9,388 nt of DNA. It comes from Azolla caroliniana. Lineage: Eukaryota > Plantae > Polypodiophyta. The translations under genes were made by a program, and so were the position numbers. The stretch is from positions 1 through 9,388 of the forward strand of contig JBHGNT010001364.1 in NCBI GenBank assembly GCA_043228905.1, given 5' to 3'. The notes below the pieces were generated by a model. The model saw only the letters and a program-made list of their open reading frames with translations, searched no databases and was not told where the DNA came from. Shown here in pieces: positions 1-7,656 of the stretch. The stretch's first letter is position 1, and every line of letters begins with the position of its first letter.

Positions 1-149
1 AATCGCCAATAAAGTCATAACATCTTGGAATACGAAATATTGATCTTGTTGTGTAGAGGTTATTAATCTTCATTGTGACACCAACATAGCATCCTTCATT
101 ATTACCAAACCAAATCTAGGCATTTGCTTAAATTGAAGGTTAAACCTAA

Positions 150-946
150 TCCTCCTATATCCTATATTTGGATGACATATTTATTACGAGGAAATATGTG
201 TTCTAAGGAAGCTAGGTTATGAATTTGATATGAAGGATTTGGAAGGGAACGAAGTAAATCCGAGATTATATGTGGATCACGTAATTAAAGTATACATTTG
301 AACAAGGGTGGTTGTTTAAAGTATGCATTTGAACAAGGACAACTGCAGAGAGTTTTGTACATTTTTGGTTTTGTGTCGATAGCTTAATGTATGCCCATGG
401 TGGACACCACACCCAACATTGTATTTGCACTCAGGGTTGTAGGTAGGTTCACGTCAAACCTCAATAAAAAACACCAAGAAGCAATGAAAAGAAGAATACA
501 ATAGTTAAGTAGAATGAATAATCAAGAACTTTGCCCGATGCCAAATGTGTGAACAACAAACGTTTTAGACTCTAACAATGCCAAACGTGTGGACACCAAC
601 AAATATAAGTGAAGGTACATTTTATAGTTTGTGAGTAGAATGATATCATGGAGATCAACAATACATTATTACATGATGGCGTTGACAACAAAAGCGGAGT
701 ACATTGCAACAAATGAATCATTGTGGCTTTCTTTGTTGCCTACAGATATGAACGCAAAATGTCGAAGAAGTCCAACTGCCCACAATGCAAAATGTTGAAG
801 CATTCAGCTTTTCATGCAAAGAATGGAACACATTAAAGTGCAACATCGTGTTATTAGAGGAATTTCCATCAGGAAGAACAAAGATCATCTCGACGAAACT
901 ACACATGACGAATAACACTAGTGACACATTTACAGGGGGTTCTACC
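150..946 (+). mobile_element. Degenerate Ty1/copia pol remnant (reverse transcriptase and RNase H), fragmented by stops, frameshifts and deletions
   Basis: Manual translation gives copia motifs in the correct order: ILYLDDIFI (YLDD at 165-176, cf. YVDD), EFDMKDL (221-241), SLMYA/MVDTTPNIVFALRVVGRFTSN..KKHQEAMKR (381-~495, cf. GSLMYAMVCTRPDIAFAVGVVSRFMSNP), DSNNA..VDT (from 568), ISWRS (643-657), TTKAEYIA (to 708, cf. STTEAEYIA), FHA..EHIKVQH (~830-850) and NTSDTFT (~914-934, cf. NxADxFTK). It probably extends left of the stated start. Confidence 0.85.
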
Positions 947-1013
947 AGCTAGCTATTGTTGCCACTATCGTGGAAATGAACTAGCTTGTCGACATGGGTC
1001 ATGGAGCCAATAA

Positions 1014-1402
1014 AGTGTTGGCCCACAAAACCCACCAAGGAAGGGTGGACAATGACCAATGTAGGTTGCTTGCAGGGCGACATACCTAGTGGCCAGACAT
1101 TTGGTTGGACGCAGGCTACTCATTCAATACCATGGAAACCCTGACCAGTGTTGGCCCACAAAACCCACTATCTAGGGTGGACAATGATTTGTGTAGGTTG
1201 TAGGCCGAGATATCCAATGCCTGAACATTGGTTGGACGCAAGCTACTCATTCAATACCATGGAAACCCTGACCAGTGGTGTCCCACAAAACCCACTATCC
1301 AGGGTGGACAATGATCTGTGTAGGTTGTAGGCCAAGATATCCAGTGCCTAGCCATTGGCTGGAGACATGCTACTTATTTAATACCATGGAACCCCTGACC
1401 AG
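1014..1402. repeat. Tandem array of three ~127-bp units (1014-1146, 133 bp; 1147-1273, 127 bp; 1274-1400, 127 bp)
   Basis: Each unit starts AGTG(T/G)TG(G/T)CCCACAAAACCCAC, contains AGGGTGGACAATGA and TGTAGGTTG, and ends AATACCATGGAA(A/C)CCCTGACC. This explains the two near-identical 60-aa ORFs in the track. Confidence 0.97.
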
Positions 1403-1431
1403 GTCATGGTCATGTCCATTTCTTAAGCCCA
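1020..1431 (+). promoter_or_regulatory. Putative RPL15 promoter elements: site II motifs (RGCCCA) and telo-box-like motifs
   Basis: GGCCCA(C) at 1020-1025 and 1153-1158; AGCCCA at 1426-1431; AAACCCTG (7/8 match to telo-box AAACCCTA) at 1136-1143 and 1263-1270. All lie 170-580 bp upstream of the ATG. The motifs are short and function is inferred. Confidence 0.4.
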
Positions 1432-1523
1432 AGGAGATTTGGAGGGCATTTTTGTAATTTTAACCGTTTTTTCTATTGAAAGGAAGAAGAGCCTTTTCTA
1501 CACAGAAGGCATTTTCACACACA

Positions 1524-1553
1524 GAAGAAGAAGAAGAAGAAGAAGAAGAAGAA
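1524..1553 (+). repeat. (GAA)10 microsatellite in the probable 5' UTR or TSS region of RPL15
   Basis: Ten perfect GAA units ending 47 bp before the ATG at 1601, followed by an AC/ACTC tract at 1575-1600. Confidence 0.95.
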
Positions 1554-1600
1554 GCTTAAGCTTATCCAAACAGAACACACACACTCACTCACTCTCACTC

Positions 1601-1639
1601 ATGGCTATGGCGATGGCTTCTCTCCCTTCACTCCTCAAG
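1601..1639 (+). CDS. RPL15: RPL15 exon 1 ([13 protein letters not shown]), start of the transit peptide
   Basis: ATGGCT start typical of plastid precursors, with three in-frame ATGs. Consensus donor AAG|GTAAGT at 1639/1640, phase 0. Confidence 0.85.
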
Positions 1640-4618
1640 GTAAGTAAATCTCTGTCTCTGTCTCTGTCTCTGTCTCTGTCTCTGTCTCTGTCTCTGTTTC
1701 TCTGTCTCTCTGTCTCTCTGTCTCTCTGTCTCTGTCTCTGTCCTTGTCTCCTCCTCAGAACCGAGTTGCTTCTCTTGTTTGATTTGATAGAGCGATGTCT
1801 CTTCCCTGTCATCGTCCTCGAGCTCCACCTTCCAGCGAGGCTCCATCCTTCGGTGTTCTTCATCCTCTCTTCATGCTCTTCCTCAGCGCAAATCCGTGGC
1901 TCCTTTCCGAGCGTCTGCTACTGTACATGGTGCATTCTCGCTCTGTCTCTGTCTTAATACTTCCCGTATCTCCTCAATCTTTTCTGTTCTTTTTTTAAGT
2001 AAATTATTCTCTGCAAGACTCTTCTTTTAGGTCAGATTTATCCCTTCAGTTTTTGTTTCTTTTTGGTTGCGCTCAAATTCCGTCCAGACGTGAACTGGTA
2101 TGGTTCCTTCCTGTTTTGTTTAGGTCGAGTCATTTATGCTTAAATATAGAGGTGAATGATATGTATGGTTTTGCTTTCTTTTTCGTTTATGTCAAATTCT
2201 GGTTTTCTTTTCTGGTTCAGAAATGAAATAGCATCGCTTTCCCTCTGTTTTTATTGAAAATTATTTTGTCTAGAGTCCAGAGGTGAAATAGTGGGGTTTC
2301 CTTATGTTTTGTCTTGGTTAATTCTTTTGCTTAAATCTAGAGGAGCTACTCACAATTAACCATGGGATGTTTGTGAAATGCATAGGCACCATAGTCACAT
2401 GGGACGTATTTCTGGATTCCTTGTAACGAAAAGAGAAAACTAAAAAAGGAACAAAATATGGGGCTATATAAGACAGAGGAACTAGATGTCTTGGCATATA
2501 TTATCCTGATCATTCCCCCAGACTTGGAATTGATAGAGGTATAGAGGAAGGCACTTTTGTCTAGACTTGTTTCTCAAGAATCCAGCTGAATATGGCATAT
2601 GTAATCCTTGGTTGTAAACTTGAATATCATAGAGAATTGGTGGGAGATGCTTCTTGATAACTTCATAGCTACACGGAAGACAAAGCTATTTCTGTATGTC
2701 ATTTCCTCTGTTCCTGCAGCCCGGAAATTTTTTTGTCCATATATTTTTTAGTATTTCAAACGATTTAAAGTGTGGTTGAGATGTAAATTTTCCAATTTGA
2801 TTCCTCTTCCTGTCCTCCCCTCCCTCTGCATAGCTACCTCCATATGGGTTTGTATTCTACAGCTTTATGCATATTGTAGGTAACTCATGAATATATTGTC
2901 TGTATGTCTATAAATCTAAAGAAAAGGTGTTTCATTTCCTTTGGTTCCAATCATATTGGCAGCAATACATCAGTCTTGCTGCATCTGGGAACCTTATTTT
3001 TGTAGTGAGGATAAAATATGTATACTGACATTTCTTTAGAGGCCAAAATGGCTTATGAGACTGATCAAGAGATTACATCTGTCTGATCTTGATGCTGGAA
3101 AGGGACTTCTAATTGTAGCTCTTTAATATGATAAAAGATACCGAGAGATTCCACCTAGCAAATCTGGGTCCGCAACCGGGATCTCGCAAGAAAGCAAAGA
3201 GAAAGGGAAGAGGAGAAGGTGCCGGACAAGGTGGTAGCTGTGGTTTTGGTATGAGGGGTCAGAAATCAAGATCAGGTCCAGGTGTACGCCCAGGGTTCGA
3301 AGGAGGCCAAACACCTCTTTACCGACGTCTCCCCAAGCTCAGAGGAATTGCTGGAGGTATAAATACTTTTGCTGGGTATCTAGCATAGAATAGCCTTTTG
3401 TTTTCAGAAACTACGAGAAAACTCCAAAATTTTCAGAAATGACGGGAAAACCCCTGAGTTCTCTTGGAGTAACCAACTTTTGCACTAGGAAGGGGGTATT
3501 TCTTGTAATTTCTGAAAACTTAAGTGGTATTCTGAAAAATGCCTAAGGGAATCAGGAGTATTTTGATGTTTTTTGCACTGATTATATTCTTCTTTGGTGC
3601 GAAATGGTTATATACATTGTATTTGAATTTGATGATTAGGAAAGTGTTTTTTAGACTACTTTAGTGCTGTATTTTTAACACTTGATTTGTGCAAATATTG
3701 TGTGTGTCCACCACAGGTATGTCTGCAGGGCTTCCTAAGTTTGTCACGGTGAACTTATCAGATATTGCACTTGCTGGATTTGAGGAAGGAGAGGAGGTAT
3801 CTTTGGAGTCATTGAAGAGCAGAGGCATACTTAACCCCTCGGGACGATTGAGAAGGTTGCGTCTTAAGGTAATGAATGTGTATTTATTTTCTGATGCTAA
3901 CACTTTTGAAATGATGAATGCATCACATCTTAAATGAATACTCATAGCTTGAACTACCAGGTAGGATTATTGTATACATGAAATATTGGATTGTTACTTT
4001 TGGACTTCTGTTGAAATATCTGTCGATAATTTTCAACCCTCTGGCTGTGGTGGTGAATAAATTGTGAAGCCATTTCATAGGAGGAACATTCTAGTTGATC
4101 AAACATATAATTATCTTGAAACAAAGGCACGAAATTGTTTTACAATGAACATAACATTATATCCATTGCTTTAGACTTGAACCACAACTTATGGTTGGAG
4201 AGAATAAGCTTTTGTTGTCACAATGAAAGTAACATTAGGCCGATTAATAGTGATAATTTTGAACCTATGAACTTGAGATTGTAGACATAGCCTTTACCAC
4301 ACTCTCCTGATATTTGTGCATATATTGGTAGATATAATTTCACATTATAGTTCAGCAATTAATACCCTGTTTATCTAGATTCTTGGGGATGGAGAACTCA
4401 ACGCCAAGCTTTCCATTAAGGCGGGGGCTTTCTCAGACTCTGCTAAAAGTAAGCTAGAAGCAGGGGGTTGCACTCTTACAATGGTTCCAGGACCAAAGAA
4501 ATGGGTGAAACCGTCAGTGGCAAAGCATCAAGCACGTGCTGTCGAGTACTTTGCGAAAAAATTTGGAACATCACCAAGAACTGAGGCTGTCACTGAGACG
4601 GCTCAGACGTCAGAGTGA
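1601..4618 (+). CDS. RPL15: Nuclear-encoded plastid 50S ribosomal protein L15 (uL15c) precursor; join(1601..1639,1791..1929,3138..3356,3717..3868,4379..4618), 789 nt, 262 aa plus stop
   Basis: The spliced product has a Ser-rich transit peptide followed by [170 protein letters not shown]. This matches plant chloroplast L15, including its C-terminal extension. All introns are GT-AG with consistent phases. The intron 2 boundaries are the least certain. Confidence 0.95.
1649..1750 (+). repeat. Compound (TCTCTG)n/(TCTCTCTG)n microsatellite in RPL15 intron 1
   Basis: Eight perfect TCTCTG units (1649-1696), four 8-mers (1697-1728, the first being TTTCTCTG), then hexamers again. It is the source of the spurious SL/RD/QR-repeat ORFs. 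Confidence 0.97.
1791..1929 (+). CDS. RPL15: RPL15 exon 2 ([46 protein letters not shown]), chloroplast transit peptide
   Basis: Acceptor GATAG| at 1790 keeps the frame from exon 1. The peptide is Ser/Arg-rich and acid-poor, ending in an FRA-SA cleavage-like motif. Donor ATG|GTGCAT at 1929/1930 (phase 1); an alternative is ACT|GTACAT at 1922/1923. Not in the ORF track. Confidence 0.75.
2082..2345. repeat. Degenerate ~60-70 bp tandem repeat (4-5 copies) in RPL15 intron 2
   Basis: YAGAGGTGAA-like cores at 2085, 2147, 2218, 2278 and 2338; the first four are each followed by T-rich sequence. 2082-2154 aligns by eye with 2275-2345. Confidence 0.6.
3138..3356 (+). CDS. RPL15: RPL15 exon 3, conserved L15 N-terminal region
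   Basis: Encodes (D)[25 protein letters not shown]...[21 protein letters not shown]. Acceptor AAAG| at 3137 lies about 24 nt after a CTAAT branch-point motif (3109-3113); an alternative is TGTAG| at 3118. Donor GAG|GTATAA at 3356/3357. Confidence 0.92.
3400..3539. repeat. Foldback or MITE-like relic in RPL15 intron 3 (direct plus inverted ~26-bp units)
   Basis: GTTTTCAGAAACTACGAGAAAACTCC (3400-3425) and TTTTCAGAAATGACGGGAAAACCCCT (3430-3455) face an inverted copy at 3491-3519 (reverse complement GTTTTCAGAAATTACAAGAAATACCCCCT) and a partial inverted copy at 3527-3539. Confidence 0.6.
3717..3868 (+). CDS. RPL15: RPL15 exon 4
   Basis: Acceptor CACAG| at 3716 (phase 1, restoring GIAGGM). Encodes [50 protein letters not shown]. 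Donor AAG|GTAATG at 3868/3869. Confidence 0.95.
4379..4618 (+). CDS. RPL15: RPL15 exon 5 (terminal coding exon)
   Basis: Acceptor TCTAG| at 4378, phase 0. Encodes [79 protein letters not shown], with TGA at 4616-4618. It completes the L15 signature KILGxG across the junction. Not in the ORF track. Confidence 0.95.
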   Translation: MLGDGELNAKLSIKAGAFSDSAKSKLEAGGCTLTMVPGPKKWVKPSVAKHQARAVEYFAKKFGTSPRTEAVTETAQTSE

Positions 4619-4995
4619 TTGATAGCTTGTGTATACATTTTTGTTTAATTGTGATGAATTTTTTCAATCATGGAAAGCTCATCATCTCATTGCTCACATG
4701 GAGCATCGACATGTATAAGGTCCTCTCCTTAAAAGTTGAGAAATTCTTAGGTTGATAAATTTTTTTTCCTTCAATCTTTGATGTTAACATGTATTGATAA
4801 TGAAAATAGAAAATCTAAAGCTTGATGACTGATTTGAAGAATCTTTCGATCACTTACGAGTGATTTAAGCTGCGATTGGATTTCTTTTTTGCATTAGGGT
4901 TGTAACTATGGTGAGCCAATTTTTTACTGACTCATGCATGCAGGTTTAAATCTCACTTTATATGCTACTAAACCTAGATACAATTGCAAAATGTA

Positions 4996-5049
4996 GAAAT
5001 TGATGCATGACCTTTTGTTGTGAGGCAACTTTACCGATTGAGCTACAAC
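4996..5049 (-). other. Possible tRNA-derived (SINE-like or pseudo-tRNA) fragment
   Basis: The minus strand reads GTTGTAGCTCAATCGGTAAAG-TTGCCTCACAACAAA-AGGTC-ATGCATCAATTTC: a good A-box/D-arm and an AGGTC variable loop, but a decayed B-box and no acceptor stem. Confidence 0.3.
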
Positions 5050-7656
5050 AATTCATGAGAGGATTCTCTTGAACAAAACCATCATTATCTCTTATGGGTC
5101 AATCCATACTTCTCCACACGTGTTAGAAACATCCTTCTTTGTGACATTTGTCTTGTTGCTTCTATATGACTTGGATCACCTTCTCTTTTGTTTGAGACAA
5201 GTGTTGAACAATATGAGATGAGAGGTGTCAACTATGCATATTTTGTCTATAACAAATTTGTGAGATTGAGCATCATTCTTTTGTAGTACTCACCATTGAT
5301 CACATTCAAATTTGCTTCCCACATCGTGTTATCCCCACACATCTCTTTTGCAATCACAATGCGCACTCTCAATTGTAATGTTCATCAACAATGTTTTTTG
5401 AGCATTTGGTTCCATACTAAGTACAATAATAGCATTTTTTGAGTGTTGCGAGTGTTAAATTTTTCATTAATGAACAGTGCTTGTCATAAATGGAATACTT
5501 GTGAATATTTTTAAATAGTTTGACTTGAATGCATTTTGTGAGTATATTTTTAAATACATATGATAGGAGTGGATGTTTTAAAGCGTTTTGAACATTAAAC
5601 AAAGGTGTGGAAGGAACCTTGTCCATTTTTGTAAAATAGGCACATGCCGCATCTTTTGTTCAAAATGGTCTATAGACTTTGAAATTCCACTCGCCAAAGG
5701 GTTCCATTTTGAATAAGAACACGTGTTTGCATTTGCGAGCAACATGAGCATTGCCTTGTTTGATGCAAGATTCTCCTTCACTCGTGGGAGGTACATATTT
5801 TTGGGAAAGGAATCGATAATGATGAGCTTCTTTGAGGCATTTTGAGGAAATGATATTCACTCTTTTCCTAGAGTCACTTGGAGATGTCATACAACCTGCT
5901 AATAATGGTCTTTTGGCTCATGGAACCAAGGAACTCCTATGTCATTGTGTTGATGTGTTATTAGATTGACTCTCTCAGCACATTAGGTGGTTTATCATTT
6001 TATATACATTCATGAAATATTCCAATTAAACATTGTGTTGACTTGTGTTCTTTTGCAATAAATGGATCATCTCCCTTGTGTTCATTTGAAGTTAATTATA
6101 TTTGGAACTATGTACAAACTAACTCATAAAATTGCTTTCAAGTTGGCTAACACTATATAGATTCAAGGTTATGCTATCCCACTATTACTCGAATAGAAGA
6201 AGGTAATTTGGGGTTTAGGGTTAACCCACTCTTTACGAAACATGTAAGAAGACCTTTAACTACATACTAATTTACCAAGCAAATGCCTACAAGTGAAAGA
6301 ATGTTGTTGAATTTGACATGTGGTGGATGTGGGATGTTCTAATGCTATTGATTTGCCCCTTATTAAGTATTTTGGTTGAATGTTGATTGTTGCATCCATG
6401 TGATCCATCAAGAACGACTTACCTAATTCATTCACAGTGATTGGATACTTATAATTAATCTTGTCACACTCATCATTATAGTTATTTATGTGTCAAACAT
6501 TGACTCCTTGAAAGGACAATGCAATTTGTTCAATCTTTAATATTTCTTAACCCTTCTCCAGTGCTTGGGAAGTGCCTAAAGTTACTTCACTTTAAAGTTC
6601 ACATGCATGGTCATGCAAGTGATGATGCCACGACACACATGTAAGATATGTATATGTTTTGAGGTTTGGTGATATCAAGGTCAATTTTACATTTTACTTG
6701 GAGCCTCCCTACACTAAACCACATATATATTACATGCAACAATATACAAAAGCAAGTGTGTTTGTGTATAATAAACTTATTTCAGGGCGAGTTGGGTTTG
6801 TCATATCTTATTATTGTCATAGTCAAAGTACATTAACTTCACTAGAGAAATACATCAATAGGCAAGCGCTCAAGCATACATTTTCAAAGACATAAGACAT
6901 TCTTTAAGAGGCAGCATCTTCTTCCTCACCCATTTGAGTTATTGTTTCCATCAAACAAATGATTTTTGCATAAGCCAATATATCTTTACAAAAAGTTTCA
7001 AGCCTTAGTTTCAGTTGCAATCCCTAGAACATTATTTTGGTTGAGACAACAAATAGCTCTATAAAGGCAGACTAAGAGCAAGAAACAAATGCCAATTATT
7101 AATTTGTTTTCATTGGATAGTGGAGGAAAGAGGATATAGCCCAAAAAAGTTGACAAATTTCATGCCAATACCTATGATACTTACTAGGAGCATGTCTTCA
7201 CCTTGCATTGAAAGATCCCATTTGTGAGAAACAATAGGCCTTAGAGAAGTCTATCAAATTCAATGATAGGTTTCAAACCATCAAGATCTATATTGATGAC
7301 TATCCTTCTCGCCTATTTGTAGCATTTCATAACTTTTTCTAACATAATCAAGATCGTGCTAAATGATTGATGACTCCAATGATAATTTTGAAGCCTTTGA
7401 GAACAACCTTGATTACCAACCTTCTTGCCATTCAAAGTGTTTCATATTTTTTGTTGAAAAAATATGACACTAATAATCCATGTTTGAAATGCATGTAGTA
7501 TGAAATTAAGAATTCTTGGCTTCCTAAGAAATAGATAAATATCATAGGTGTTGCAATTGTGGTTCTTGAAGCGTCAATCAAATCTAGACCTATCATTGGA
7601 ACTTTCCAAGGAAATTACTTTTTAGTTTGGGAGAGAGATTCCATTCCCAAACTAAT

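Noticed and set aside
1014-1402. Array considered as a CRISPR-like repeat-spacer locus
   Set aside because: The units are homologous along their whole length with no unique spacers, there are no cas genes, and the context is an intron-containing plant gene.
1148-1457. Two similar 60-aa ORFs as a small peptide family
   Set aside because: They are by-products of the 127-bp repeat, whose length is not a multiple of 3. Both start at GTG and have no recognisable domain.
1439-1998. ORFs with poly-R, SL, RD and QR repeats
   Set aside because: They are translations of the GAA and TCTCTG microsatellites. Only 1601-1639 and a different frame at 1791-1929 fit the RPL15 model.
2492-2634. Weak direct similarity (TGGCATAT..ATCCT..ACTTG..ATAGAG) about 100 bp apart in intron 2
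   Set aside because: Too short and gapped to distinguish from chance by eye.
3123-3945. Minus-strand ORFs 3123-3314 and 3661-3945, and ORF-track starts at 3128 and 3689
   Set aside because: The minus-strand ORFs are antisense shadows of RPL15 exons. The plus-strand ORFs are exons 3 and 4 extended into intron sequence.
6207-6227. Telomere-like GGGTTTAGGGTT with palindrome GGGTTAACCC
   Set aside because: Fewer than two full telomere units, isolated and not near an identifiable promoter.
6659-6895. 78-aa ORF
   Set aside because: TTG start, AT-rich, with no recognisable motif or splice context.
7234-7257. Minus-strand LIDFSKAY, resembling the LINE reverse transcriptase motif LDFxKAYD
   Set aside because: I could not find the flanking LINE RT motifs (RQGDPLSP, YADD) in any frame. 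One 8-aa match is insufficient; a BLASTX of 6850-7620 would settle it.
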